From: Candidatus Omnitrophota bacterium
GTDB taxonomy: Bacteria > Omnitrophota > Gorgyraeia > Gygaellales > JAQTUX01
Direction: 5' to 3'
Assembly: GCA_028707125.1 (NCBI GenBank)
Contig: JAQTUX010000001.1
Location: 205,639 to 269,638, forward strand
Length of the DNA stretch: 64,000 nt
Of this stretch, positions 19,660-29,665 are shown in pieces. The position numbers and the translations under genes were made by a program. Below the pieces are notes generated by a model, which was not told the DNA's origin, made no database searches, and saw only the letters and a list, made by a program, of their open reading frames with translations. Numbering within the stretch: position 1 is the first letter of the stretch; every line of letters starts with the position of its first letter.

Positions 19660-20451
19660 ATGGATAGATCAGAGAGGTTAACGGCGATACTCAAGAAAAT
19701 GGGCTCGGTTGTCCTCGCCTACTCAGGGGGTGTGGACAGCTCTTTTCTGCTTAAGGCGGCAAAAGACGCGCTGGGAGGCGATGTCCTGGCGGTTACAGCT
19801 GTATCTCCGACTTATTCCCATGGGGAATTACAGTCAGCCAAGAAGACAGCGCGTTCCTTAAAGGCCAGGCACCTGGTTATAAAGACGGAAGAATTTAATA
19901 ACCCGCGATTTACCGGTAATCCGAAAAACAGATGTTATTTCTGCAAAAAAGAGCTGTTTGGCCGGCTTAAGAGGATCGCCGCGAAGAAAGATTACAGGTT
20001 TGTGATCGACGCCTCCAACCTCGACGATGACAAAGACTACAGGCCCGGCAGCATCGCCGGGAAAGAAGAGGGCGTGCGTTCGCCCTTAAAGGAAGCCGGT
20101 TTTACGAAGGCGGATATCCGCCGTTATTCTAAAAAATTACGGCTTCCTACCTGGGACATGCCTTCTCTGGCCTGTCTTGCCTCGCGTTTTCCTTACGGCC
20201 GCAGGATAACCAAAGCCGCTTTACGGAGGGTTGAAAAGGCAGAGGGGCATATACGCAAACTGGGATTCGCGCAGGTAAGGGTGCGAGATTACGGCGGCCT
20301 GGCGAGGATCGAGGTGGATAAAAAACGCCTCCCTGAATTGTTGACCAAAAGGCAAACCATAGTAGACAAATTAAAGGGCCTGGGATATAATTATATAACA
20401 GTGGATTTAGAGGGCTATAGAACCGGCAGCATGAACGAGGTGAAAAAATGA
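19660..20451 (+). CDS. LarE-like PP-loop ATP pyrophosphatase (TIGR00268-type, possible sulfur transferase)
   Basis: SGGVDSS PP-loop at residues 22-28, conserved CYFCK, and about 260 aa, as in LarE-family proteins. Confidence 0.6.
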   Translation: MDRSERLTAILKKMGSVVLAYSGGVDSSFLLKAAKDALGGDVLAVTAVSPTYSHGELQSAKKTARSLKARHLVIKTEEFNNPRFTGNPKNRCYFCKKELFGRLKRIAAKKDYRFVIDASNLDDDKDYRPGSIAGKEEGVRSPLKEAGFTKADIRRYSKKLRLPTWDMPSLACLASRFPYGRRITKAALRRVEKAEGHIRKLGFAQVRVRDYGGLARIEVDKKRLPELLTKRQTIVDKLKGLGYNYITVDLEGYRTGSMNEVKK

Positions 20452-21608
20452 AGCGCATATACTTTGATTACGCGGCTACAGCGCCTACGGACGCGCGGGT
20501 AGTTGAGGCGATGAAGCCGTATTTCAGCGATAAATTCGGCAACCCTTCCAGCATACACTCCTTCGGGCAGGAAGCCAGAAAGGGCATGGAAGAGGCAAGG
20601 GAAACCCTGGCAAAATTCTTAGGGGCAAAACCGGAAGAAATAGTATTTACCTCAGGCGGCACAGAGTCAAACAATTATGCTTTGGAAGGGGCTGCCTTTG
20701 CCAATGAAGCAAAGGGCGATCACATAATAATCTCTAAGATAGAGCATCATGCCGTAGATGAGCCATGCAAGTTTCTGGAAAAGAGGGGCTTTAAGGTAAG
20801 CCGCGTAGGCGTGGACAAAGAAGGCATTGTGGATCCCGATGACGTAAACAAGGCGATAACGGATAAAACGATCCTTGTTTCCATTATGCACGCCAATAAT
20901 GAAATAGGCGTTATTCAGCCGGTTTCGGAAATTGGGAAGATCTGCCGCGATAAAGGCGTCTTGTTTCATACAGACGCGGTGCAGACCGTAGGGCATATAC
21001 CGGTAAACGTAAATGACCTGAACGCCGACCTTCTGAGCCTCTCGGCGCATAAGTTCTACGGGCCGAAGGGAGTCGGCGCCCTGTATATAAGAAAGGGCGC
21101 CAAGATCGCGCGTTTCCTGCACGGAGGAGACCAGGAGCAGGGCAGGCGGGCTTCAACCCAGAACACCCCCGGGATAGTGGGCCTGGGAGAGGCGGTCCGT
21201 CTCTGTTCGGAAAACATAAAAGAGGAGGCGGGTCTTCAGGGCCGTTTACGCGATAAAATCATAAAGGAGATCCCCCGCCTCATAAGCGACGCGCGCCTTA
21301 ACGGCCATCCTGTAAAGCGGCTGCCTAACAACGCGAATTTCTCGTTCAAATATATTGAGGGGGAAGGTATATTGCTTAATCTGGATATGCTGGGCATCGC
21401 CGCCTCAACCGGCTCTGCCTGCACCTCAAGTTCCCTTGAGCCCTCTCATGTGCTGCTTGCCATCGGCCTGCCTCACGATATAGCCCACGGGTCTTTGCGC
21501 GTAACCTTAGGCCGCTGGTCAAAAGAGGAAGAGGTTGACTATTTACTGGAGCATCTTCCTAAGATAGTGGATAAGCTGCGCAGGATGTCCCCCCTTTATG
21601 ATAAGTGA
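20448..21608 (+). CDS. nifS: Cysteine desulfurase (NifS/IscS class)
   Basis: PLP-lysine motif SAHKFYGPKGVGALYIRKG and the active-site Cys loop ASTGSACTS. Confidence 0.85.
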   Translation: MKRIYFDYAATAPTDARVVEAMKPYFSDKFGNPSSIHSFGQEARKGMEEARETLAKFLGAKPEEIVFTSGGTESNNYALEGAAFANEAKGDHIIISKIEHHAVDEPCKFLEKRGFKVSRVGVDKEGIVDPDDVNKAITDKTILVSIMHANNEIGVIQPVSEIGKICRDKGVLFHTDAVQTVGHIPVNVNDLNADLLSLSAHKFYGPKGVGALYIRKGAKIARFLHGGDQEQGRRASTQNTPGIVGLGEAVRLCSENIKEEAGLQGRLRDKIIKEIPRLISDARLNGHPVKRLPNNANFSFKYIEGEGILLNLDMLGIAASTGSACTSSSLEPSHVLLAIGLPHDIAHGSLRVTLGRWSKEEEVDYLLEHLPKIVDKLRRMSPLYDK

Positions 21609-22560
21609 TTTTGAGATACTTGAGTTTTTGCGCGGGTCGGATACCTACGTTTCAGGCGAAGACCTGAGCCGGCATTTAAAGATATCGCGCTCCGCGGTAT
21701 GGAAACACATACAGGAGTTAAGGCAGTCAGGTTATGAGATCTCAGCCGTGCCTCATCTGGGATACCGCCTGGACGCGCTCACGGATAAGTTGTTCCCTCA
21801 GGAGATAACCTCTTCTCTCAATACCAAATTCGTCGGCAGGAAGATCCACTATTACGAGAGCGTTTCTTCCACTATGGATATAGCCACGAAGTTAGCCGTG
21901 GAAGGGGAAGAGGAGGGCGCTATTGTTTGCGCGGAATCACAGTCAAGGGGAAGGGGCAGGATCGGCAGGCAGTGGTTTTCTCCGAAGGCAAAAGGCATAT
22001 ATATCTCGCTCATACTAAGGCCGAACCTCCCGCCGTCCGAGGCGGCAAAACTTACCATACTTTCCGCTGTTTCCTGTTGTAAGGCGATAAATGAGGAGAC
22101 GGGCGTGAGCGCGGGAATAAAATGGCCCAATGATCTGCTCGTGCGCGGCAGGAAAGCGGGCGGCATACTGACGGAACTGAACGCCGAAACAGACAGGGTG
22201 AGGTTTGTGGTCATCGGCATAGGCATAAACGTCAATAACGCCAGGTCCGGTATCCCTGACTATGCCACGTCATTGCGGCAGGAGAGAGGCGAAAGCGTCT
22301 GCAGGGTATCGTTGTTAAGGGCGATACTGCGCCGGATCGAGGCGGATTACATACATCTGTTGAAATACGGCGCCTCAAGCATAATCAATGAATGGAGGGG
22401 CCTGTCGCTTACCCTTCATTCGCGCGTAAAGGTAGTATGCTACAACAGAGAGGTTGTGGGAGAGGCGCAGGATATAGATTCAGACGGCGGCCTGCTTATC
22501 CGCAAGGACTCGGGGCTTGTTGAAAAGGTCTTTGCCGGAGACGTTGTTAAGGCCGGTTGA
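21598..22560 (+). CDS. birA: Bifunctional biotin-[acetyl-CoA-carboxylase] ligase / biotin operon repressor
   Basis: N-terminal HTH (LSRHLKISRSAVWKHIQEL) and the ligase motif GRGRIGRQWFSP. Confidence 0.85.
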   Translation: MISDFEILEFLRGSDTYVSGEDLSRHLKISRSAVWKHIQELRQSGYEISAVPHLGYRLDALTDKLFPQEITSSLNTKFVGRKIHYYESVSSTMDIATKLAVEGEEEGAIVCAESQSRGRGRIGRQWFSPKAKGIYISLILRPNLPPSEAAKLTILSAVSCCKAINEETGVSAGIKWPNDLLVRGRKAGGILTELNAETDRVRFVVIGIGINVNNARSGIPDYATSLRQERGESVCRVSLLRAILRRIEADYIHLLKYGASSIINEWRGLSLTLHSRVKVVCYNREVVGEAQDIDSDGGLLIRKDSGLVEKVFAGDVVKAG

Positions 22561-22592
22561 TTGTAAACTGGATAATATAATATAGTTGACAA
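22561..22592. promoter_or_regulatory. Candidate BirA operator (bioO-like palindrome) overlapping the -35 of the bioB promoter
   Basis: TTGTAAAC-N16-GTTGACAA. The half-sites resemble the TGTAAACC/GGTTTACA BirA box. The spacer length is atypical. It sits between birA and bioB. Confidence 0.35.
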
Positions 22593-22643
22593 TTACCGTA
22601 TCCGTTCTATCATAAAAAGGGACGGATTTTTTATGGGGGATCT

Positions 22644-23624
22644 ATGGATAGAAAATACATAGACAGGATGTTCAAGAAGGTGCTCTCAGGCAGGCAGCTG
22701 GATTTTAAAGAGGCGTCAGGGCTGTTTTGTCTTTCTCGAAAAGACAGGTTCTCCTTGTTTGATGCCGCCAACCGCGTAAGGGAGCGCTTCCGGGGCAGAG
22801 GCGTGGATCTGTGCTCGTTAGTGAATGCCAAAAGCGGCCTCTGCTCGGAGGACTGCCGTTTTTGCGCCCAGTCGGGTTCCAGCCGGACAAAGATAAAAAG
22901 ATACGGCCTGCTGGACATAAAGCGCATCCTTCAGGCGGCAGGCGCGGCGCGCAGGTCAGGCGCAAAAAGGTTCTGCGTCGTTACCAGCGGCAGGCGCGTA
23001 CATGATAAGAGAGAATTCGCGGTTATCCTTGATGCCATATCAGAGATAAAAAGGCGTTATCCCGGACTCAGGCGCGATGCCTCGCTGGGAGAGCTGGATG
23101 AGGATATGGCGCGCGATTTAAAAAAGGCGGGCCTTGACAGGTATAATCATAATCTGGAAACCGTGGAGGCGCTGTTCCCCAAGGTATGCACGACGCATAG
23201 CTTCCGCGACAGAGTGCGCACGATCAAGATATTGAAAAGACGCGGCATAGAGGTCTGCTGCGGCGGCATATTCGGGCTGGGGGAGACCAAAGGGCAGCGG
23301 GTAGAATTCGCCTTTGCCTTAAAGGAGCTGGATGTTGATTGCGTCCCGCTTAATTTCTTGAACCCCATAGCCGGCACGCCGTTTCACGGCAATAAAGCGG
23401 TCCAGCCGCTTGAATTGCTGGAGATAGTCGCCGTATTCCGTTTTATTTTACCCGCTAAACAGATAAGGGTCTGCGGCGGCAGGCAGCAGTGCCTGCGCAG
23501 CCTGCAGCCGTTGATGTTTGCTGCCGGCGCGGACAGTATGATCCTCGGCGATTATCTTACCACTAAGGGCTCGGCCGCGCGGGATGATATGCGGATGATA
23601 AAGGATATGGGGTTAAGAGTTTAA
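22644..23624 (+). CDS. bioB: Biotin synthase (radical SAM)
   Basis: CSEDCRFCAQ radical-SAM cysteine motif plus the C-terminal auxiliary-cluster cysteines. Confidence 0.9.
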   Translation: MDRKYIDRMFKKVLSGRQLDFKEASGLFCLSRKDRFSLFDAANRVRERFRGRGVDLCSLVNAKSGLCSEDCRFCAQSGSSRTKIKRYGLLDIKRILQAAGAARRSGAKRFCVVTSGRRVHDKREFAVILDAISEIKRRYPGLRRDASLGELDEDMARDLKKAGLDRYNHNLETVEALFPKVCTTHSFRDRVRTIKILKRRGIEVCCGGIFGLGETKGQRVEFAFALKELDVDCVPLNFLNPIAGTPFHGNKAVQPLELLEIVAVFRFILPAKQIRVCGGRQQCLRSLQPLMFAAGADSMILGDYLTTKGSAARDDMRMIKDMGLRV

Positions 23625-24787
23625 TGATTGACTTAAAGAAAGAGTTGGCAGATTTAGAGCAAAAGGGCCTGTATAGAAAGATGCGCCTGCTTGAAAGCGA
23701 GCAGGCGGTAAGGGTCAGGATTGACGGCAAAGAGGTCATCAATTTCTGCTCAAACGATTATCTGGGCCTTGCCTCTGACAGCCGCCTGAAACAGGCGGCA
23801 AAGCAGGCCGTAGACAGATACGGCACAGGTTCCGGCGCCTCGCGCCTTATCTGCGGCAACACATACCTTCAACAAAAGCTTGAAGAGGAATTAGCCGAAT
23901 TCAAGAATAGCGAGTCCTGTCTGGTCTTTTCCAGCGGTTATACGGCTAACCTGGGGATGATCTCCGCTCTTGCCTCAAGGGATTCCCTGATATTTTCCGA
24001 CCGGTTCAATCACGCCTCCATAGTTGACGGCGCGATCTTGAGCCGGGCGCGTTTTAAAAGGTACGGGCATTGTGATACACGGGAACTGGAGGAACTGCTT
24101 AAGGGGTCCGGCTCCGGCAGCCGCAAACTGATCATAACAGACAGCGTATTCAGCATGGATGGAGACATCGCCCCTCTTAAAGATATCGCGCGCCTGGCGG
24201 ATAAATATGAGGCAGAGGTCATGGTTGACGAAGCGCACGCCACCGGAGTCCTGGGAGAGCGCGGCAGAGGCGCGCTTGAGTATCTGGGCGTGGATAATAT
24301 AGGCATACAGATGGGCACGTTGAGCAAGGCGTTCGGTTCATACGGAGGATACGCCTGCGGCCGCAGGGAATTAAGGGAACTTTTTATAAATAAGGCGCGG
24401 CCTTTCATCTATACGACCGGCCTGCCGCCGGCAGTTGCCGCGGCAAGCCTGAAGGCGCTGGAAATTATCAAAGCGGAGCCGCAGCGGCGCGTCCGCCTTC
24501 TGGACAACGCGGATCATTTAAGGCGCGGTTTAGGCGCGCTGGGGTTTGATACCATGCGCAGCCAAACGCCGGTCATCCCTGTTTTCGTCGGAGGGTCCGG
24601 AGCCGCGGTGGAATTCAGCCGGCGGCTTTTTGACAGGGGAATTTTCGCGCAGGCGATACGGCCGCCTGCCGTGCCGCGGGGCGCGGCGCGCCTGAGATTG
24701 ACTGTAAGCGCGCTGCATACTAAAGAAGATATGGACACGGCGCTTGATAATATCGGGAATACGGGCAGGGAGCTATGCCTTATATAA
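23624..24787 (+). CDS. bioF: 8-amino-7-oxononanoate synthase
   Basis: PLP-dependent alpha-oxoamine synthase. The Lys is in GTLSKAFGSYGGY, and the sequence has KBL/BioF-like length. Confidence 0.8.
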   Translation: MIDLKKELADLEQKGLYRKMRLLESEQAVRVRIDGKEVINFCSNDYLGLASDSRLKQAAKQAVDRYGTGSGASRLICGNTYLQQKLEEELAEFKNSESCLVFSSGYTANLGMISALASRDSLIFSDRFNHASIVDGAILSRARFKRYGHCDTRELEELLKGSGSGSRKLIITDSVFSMDGDIAPLKDIARLADKYEAEVMVDEAHATGVLGERGRGALEYLGVDNIGIQMGTLSKAFGSYGGYACGRRELRELFINKARPFIYTTGLPPAVAAASLKALEIIKAEPQRRVRLLDNADHLRRGLGALGFDTMRSQTPVIPVFVGGSGAAVEFSRRLFDRGIFAQAIRPPAVPRGAARLRLTVSALHTKEDMDTALDNIGNTGRELCLI

Positions 24788-25563
24788 GGACAGAAAGGGG
24801 CGTAAATCTTTTTTACAACTCAGCGGGCGAGGGAAAGCCGCTTATATTCCTGCACGGTTTTGCCGTGGATTCTTCCATATGGCGGGAACAGATCGGCCTG
24901 CTCGCGCCTGATTTCCGCGCGATAGCGGTTGATCTTCCCGGCCACGGAAGATCGGAATGGAAACAGGGCAGCTTAAAGGATATGGTTGAGGACGCGCTTT
25001 CTTTATACCCGCCTCTTAAAATAAAGAAGGCGGATATCATCGCGCATTCATTCGCGGGATTAATAGGGATTAAACTCGCGGCGGAATATCCGCGGGCAGT
25101 CAATAAACTTGTGCTTGTGTCAAGCACGCCCAAGTTTATAAGAGATGAAAGTTTTGACGCCATGATCTCCCTTCCGGATCTGGAAAAACTGCGGGGGTTG
25201 ATCGGATCCGAATATCCCGGGATCATCCCGGTTTTCCTGCGTTCGGTTTTTACGGCGAAAGAAAGAGAAGACGGGTTTAAGGCGGTGCCGGAACACACCG
25301 CAAAGCGGGAATCTCTGGAGGGCTTCCTTGAGATCATTCGCGATGAAGACGCGCGTTCGGGGTTAAACGAGATCAAGGCGCCCGTGTTGATCATCTCCGG
25401 CAGCGAAGATCCTCTTATAGGAGAATATTCCGCGAAGTTCCTCCAGGGCCGGATAAGCGCCTCTCGCCTTGAGATGCTGGCCGGCTGCGGCCACTTTCCG
25501 TTTCTCACGCGCAAAGATGATTTTTACCGCAGGGTCAAGGAGTTTTTAGCCGATAATGGATAA
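24775..25563 (+). CDS. bioH: Alpha/beta hydrolase, probable pimeloyl-ACP methyl ester esterase
   Basis: HGF oxyanion motif, the nucleophile elbow AHSFAG, and its position between bioF and bioC. Confidence 0.55.
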   Translation: MPYIRTERGVNLFYNSAGEGKPLIFLHGFAVDSSIWREQIGLLAPDFRAIAVDLPGHGRSEWKQGSLKDMVEDALSLYPPLKIKKADIIAHSFAGLIGIKLAAEYPRAVNKLVLVSSTPKFIRDESFDAMISLPDLEKLRGLIGSEYPGIIPVFLRSVFTAKEREDGFKAVPEHTAKRESLEGFLEIIRDEDARSGLNEIKAPVLIISGSEDPLIGEYSAKFLQGRISASRLEMLAGCGHFPFLTRKDDFYRRVKEFLADNG

Positions 25564-26338
25564 GTCAAAGATCAGATACAGGTTTTCCCGTTCAGCGCGC
25601 ACCTATGAGGATTTTGACGCGGTCCAGAGGTATGTAGCGGAGAACCTGTTTCGCGGCATTTTAAAAGAGGGCGGCATCAAAGAGGGTTCCCTGCTGGATA
25701 TCGGCGCCGGCACCGGCAGGATGCTGCGGCGCATTAAAGGGGCATTCCCCAAAACGAATTTGTTCGGGCTGGATATTTCCGAGGGCATGCTGGAGCAGGC
25801 CGCGGAAAAAGACGCCCTCTCCGGTACGCCTTTATTTCAGGCGGATGCCGAGCGCCTGCCGTTTAAGGATGGTTTGTTTGATTTTGTGGTCTCCAATTCC
25901 ACATACCAATGGGTTGCCGATCTGTCTTGCGCCCTTAGCGAAGCAAAACGCGTTTTAAAAAACAAAGGAAGGATATTCTTCTCATTGTTCGGCAGGGATA
26001 CCCTCAAGGAGCTTATCTTCTGTATAAGGGAGGTTGATCCGGACGCCTATTTCTATCCTCTGCCCCATATGTATGAAGTCAGGGCGGTTTTGGAGCAGCT
26101 GGGTTTCAAAGATATAGATCTGACAACCGATGTCTATAGCCATAAATACAGAGATATAAAGGACGCGCTTGTGCAGCTTAAATATACAGGGACCTCTTAT
26201 AGGGGGGTAAACGTTTTTAAAGGATTGGGAGGCAGGGCCTTTATAAAGCAATTACAGGATACCTACAGCCGGAATTTTCACGGCAATGGCGAAGTCACAA
26301 TGACATACGAGGCCGTTATGGTGAAGGCAAGAAAATAG
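25556..26338 (+). CDS. bioC: Malonyl-ACP O-methyltransferase
   Basis: Class I SAM methyltransferase (LLDIGAGTG) of about 260 aa, in a bio-operon context. Confidence 0.65.
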   Translation: MDKSKIRYRFSRSARTYEDFDAVQRYVAENLFRGILKEGGIKEGSLLDIGAGTGRMLRRIKGAFPKTNLFGLDISEGMLEQAAEKDALSGTPLFQADAERLPFKDGLFDFVVSNSTYQWVADLSCALSEAKRVLKNKGRIFFSLFGRDTLKELIFCIREVDPDAYFYPLPHMYEVRAVLEQLGFKDIDLTTDVYSHKYRDIKDALVQLKYTGTSYRGVNVFKGLGGRAFIKQLQDTYSRNFHGNGEVTMTYEAVMVKARK

Positions 26339-26367
26339 GGTATTGGGTAATCAGGGAATTGGGATAT

Positions 26368-28446
26368 ATGGATAAAGGCATTTTTATTACGGGGACCGAC
26401 ACAGGCGTGGGCAAGACGGTTGTCAGCGCGCTTCTCGCGCGTTATTTAAAGAGAGAGGGCGTTGGTGCCTGTGTTATGAAGCCCATACAGACAGGCGCGC
26501 TTTATTCAGGGGATCGGCTGATCAGCCAGGACGCGGAATTCGTAAGAAAGGCGGCCGGGATGAGCAGGGAAGAGGCATCTTCTTCTTACCTGCATAAACT
26601 CCCGCTGTCGCCGTACGCGGCATTTAACAGCCGGCAGAGAAAGAAAATGATAAAGGCGATCCTGGACGCGTTTAACGCGTTGCGCCTCAAATATGAATTT
26701 GTAATTGTGGAGGGCTCAGGCGGTATAATGGCGCCCATTGACACTGATTATAATATGGCGCATCTTGCTCAGGATATGGGGCTGCCGGTCATTATTGTCT
26801 CGCGTCCCGGCCTCGGCACATTAAATCATACCTTGCTGACGATAGAGTATGCCCGGGCATCGGGGCTTGAGGTTAAAGGCGTAATAATGAATCATGCCCA
26901 CGGCGTCAAAGTGGACTTAAGCGCCGGTAAAAACGCCGGGATCATAGAGAAAATAAGCGGAGTCCCGCTCATAGGCCGCGTTCCTCATATAAAAGGCATT
27001 GACGTGGAGAGGATGAAGGCGGGCGGGTTACCCGGCGGCAATAAAATTTACATTGATACGAAGCCGGTTATTAATGACGGGCCTGTCAATAAGCGCGGCA
27101 CCGGTTTGCTGCGGGATTGGGACAAGAAGTTTATCTGGCACCCCTTTACACAGATGCGGGAATGGGTTGAGGATGAGCCGCTGGTGATCACCGAAGGCAG
27201 AGGCAGTTACCTTAAGGATTCCCAGGGAAAGTGGTATTTAGACGGGGTCTCCAGCCTCTGGGTGAATGTGCACGGGCACAGGAAAAAAGAGATAGATCAG
27301 GCGCTAAGGCGGCAATTAAACAAGATAGCGCACTCCACGTTCCTTGGCTTGTCCAATGATACGGCGATCTTGCTCTCAAAACGGTTAATTGAGATCGCCC
27401 CCGGGGATCTCAACAAGGTATTTTATTCCGACAGCGGCTCAACAGCGGTTGAGGCCGCCCTCAAGATGGCATTTCAATACTGGCAGCAAAAAGAGCCACG
27501 GCTGAAGGCGAAAAGGAAATTTATTTCTTTTGTTAACGCCTACCATGGAGACACTGTCGGCTCTGTCAGCGTGGGCGGGATCGATTTATTTCATAAGATA
27601 TACAGGCCGCTTTTGTTCGGCACCATAAAGGCAAAGGCGCCGTATTGCTACCGTTGTCCTTTGGGCAAGGTATATCCACAATGCCGGTTAAAATGCCTGA
27701 AAGAAACGGAGGACATTCTAAAGAAGCAACATAAAAGCATCGCCGGCGTCATAATAGAGCCGATGGCGCAGGCAGCGGCCGGCATACTCACTCAGCCCGC
27801 GGGTTATTTGAGGCAGTTGCGCCGGCTTTGCGATAAATACGATGTGCTGATGATCCTGGATGAGGTGGCGGTGGGCTTCGGCAGGACAGGCAGGATGTTC
27901 GCCTGTGAACAGGAAGGGGTTAAGCCCGACATCCTCTGCCTGGCAAAGGGCTTGAGCGCGGGATATCTTCCGCTGGCAGCAACGCTGGCTACGGACGAGA
28001 TATACAAGGCGTTTCTAGGCGATTACGCCGGCAAAAAGACGTTTTTCCACGGCCACAGCTATACAGCTAATCCCCTGGGATGCGCCGCGGCACTGGCAAA
28101 TCTTGAGGTTTTCAGAAAAGAGCGTACCTTGGAAATGGTTCAGGAAAAGATAAGGTTTCTGCGTAAGGGATTAAAAAGATTTTATGAACTGAAGGCCGTA
28201 GGCGATGTCCGCCAGGCGGGCCTGATCGCGGGCATTGAGTTGGTCAAGAACAGAAAGACAAAACAGCCGTATAAATGGGAGGAGAAAACAGGCATCAGGG
28301 TTACGCGGCAGGCGCGTAAATACGGGGTGATCCTGCGGCCTTTAGGTAATGTGATCGTGCTGTTCCCGCCGCTTTCAATATCTCTGCCGGAGTTGGAAGA
28401 ATTGCTGGATGTGACATATAGATCAATTGAAGAAGTAACAAGTTAA
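26368..28446 (+). CDS. bioDA: Fused dethiobiotin synthetase / adenosylmethionine-8-amino-7-oxononanoate aminotransferase (BioD-BioA single polypeptide)
   Basis: N-terminal BioD P-loop GTDTGVGKT with the following about 230 aa. The C-terminal about 430 aa is a class III aminotransferase (BioA). The probable start is the ATG at 26368, because 26359 is TTG. Confidence 0.85.
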   Translation: MDKGIFITGTDTGVGKTVVSALLARYLKREGVGACVMKPIQTGALYSGDRLISQDAEFVRKAAGMSREEASSSYLHKLPLSPYAAFNSRQRKKMIKAILDAFNALRLKYEFVIVEGSGGIMAPIDTDYNMAHLAQDMGLPVIIVSRPGLGTLNHTLLTIEYARASGLEVKGVIMNHAHGVKVDLSAGKNAGIIEKISGVPLIGRVPHIKGIDVERMKAGGLPGGNKIYIDTKPVINDGPVNKRGTGLLRDWDKKFIWHPFTQMREWVEDEPLVITEGRGSYLKDSQGKWYLDGVSSLWVNVHGHRKKEIDQALRRQLNKIAHSTFLGLSNDTAILLSKRLIEIAPGDLNKVFYSDSGSTAVEAALKMAFQYWQQKEPRLKAKRKFISFVNAYHGDTVGSVSVGGIDLFHKIYRPLLFGTIKAKAPYCYRCPLGKVYPQCRLKCLKETEDILKKQHKSIAGVIIEPMAQAAAGILTQPAGYLRQLRRLCDKYDVLMILDEVAVGFGRTGRMFACEQEGVKPDILCLAKGLSAGYLPLAATLATDEIYKAFLGDYAGKKTFFHGHSYTANPLGCAAALANLEVFRKERTLEMVQEKIRFLRKGLKRFYELKAVGDVRQAGLIAGIELVKNRKTKQPYKWEEKTGIRVTRQARKYGVILRPLGNVIVLFPPLSISLPELEELLDVTYRSIEEVTS

Positions 28447-28578
28447 AAGCGGATATTAGGTGATTTGGTGATCAGGGTCTGGGGATTAGGATATAAGGAG
28501 ATTGGGGACAAATACCTAATATCCCAATCTCCCAATATCCAGACCCCAATACCCTAATTACCCAATACCCGCATTAAG
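28447..28578. repeat. Palindromic intergenic repeat element, copy 2 (CCCAAT/ATTGGG-rich subfamily)
   Basis: ggtgatcagggtctggggattaggatataaggagattgggga...tcccaatctcccaatatccagaccccaatagcctaattacccaat. The arms are approximately reverse-complementary. Confidence 0.55.
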
Positions 28579-28588
28579 CGTGTTTAGC

Positions 28589-29665
28589 ATGAAGAGTAAT
28601 ATGCGTGTAGTAGTAGCAATGAGCGGAGGGGTGGATTCTTCAGTGGCAGCCGCGCTCCTAAAGGCGCGGGGCTGCGAGGTGATCGGGATGACCATGTGTT
28701 TTAATATCTCCGGCCCGGGGGGCGGGAGGCCGTCCTGCTGCGGCAGAGAGGCAATAGAAGATGCCAGGCGCGTTGCCGGCTCGCTCGGCATCAGGCATTA
28801 CGCGTTGAATTTCGCGAAGCCGCTTCAAGATAAAATTATAGATGATTTTTGCGGTGAGTATCTCAACGGGCGCACGCCCAATCCCTGCGTAAGGTGTAAT
28901 CAGTATTTAAAATTCGGCGTACTTCTTGACAAGGCAAGGTCGCTTGATGCCGATTTCCTTGCCACAGGGCATTACGCGAGGGTGTGTTTTGACAAAGGGC
29001 TGAATAAGTTCCTGCTTAAGAAGGCAAAGGATACCCGCAAAGACCAGTCATATTTTCTTTATCGGCTAAAACAGCGCCAGCTAAGGCATATCTTAATGCC
29101 GTTGGGTGATCATACGAAGGAGGAGGTAAGAAATTACGCCAGGCGGCTGGGCCTGCCTGTGGCAGACAAGGCAGGCAGCCAGGAGGTGTGTTTCATCCCG
29201 GATAACGATTACAGGGGTTTTATCCTTTCGCGTTTCAAAGAGCGGATCAAAGAGGGTGATATCGTTGACAGGCAGGGGAAGGTGTTGGGCAGGCATAAGG
29301 GCATATGTTTTTATACGATAGGCCAGCGCGAAGGATTGGGGATCGCCTATAAGTCCCCTTTGTATATAACAGGTATAGACAAGAGGCGCAACAGGATAAT
29401 AGCCGGCCCCAGGCAGGATACCTACAGGGATGAGTTTCTTGTAAGGAGCCCTACATTTATATATACCGCTATACCGGACGGCGGGCTTGCGCTTACTGTT
29501 AAAATAAGATATAATAATATAGGTAAAGAAGGCCGCGTCATACCCATCAGTAAAAGCCTGCTTAAGGTCAAATTACACAGGCCTGAGCAGTCCATAACCC
29601 CCGGACAATCAGCGGTATTTTATAAAGGGGATGTAGTTGTCGGTGGAGGGATAATCAGGCAATGA
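28589..29665 (+). CDS. mnmA: tRNA-specific 2-thiouridylase
   Basis: SGGVDSSVAA PP-loop, the catalytic Cys region NPCVRCNQYLKF, and a C-terminal beta-barrel domain. Confidence 0.85.
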   Translation: MKSNMRVVVAMSGGVDSSVAAALLKARGCEVIGMTMCFNISGPGGGRPSCCGREAIEDARRVAGSLGIRHYALNFAKPLQDKIIDDFCGEYLNGRTPNPCVRCNQYLKFGVLLDKARSLDADFLATGHYARVCFDKGLNKFLLKKAKDTRKDQSYFLYRLKQRQLRHILMPLGDHTKEEVRNYARRLGLPVADKAGSQEVCFIPDNDYRGFILSRFKERIKEGDIVDRQGKVLGRHKGICFYTIGQREGLGIAYKSPLYITGIDKRRNRIIAGPRQDTYRDEFLVRSPTFIYTAIPDGGLALTVKIRYNNIGKEGRVIPISKSLLKVKLHRPEQSITPGQSAVFYKGDVVVGGGIIRQ

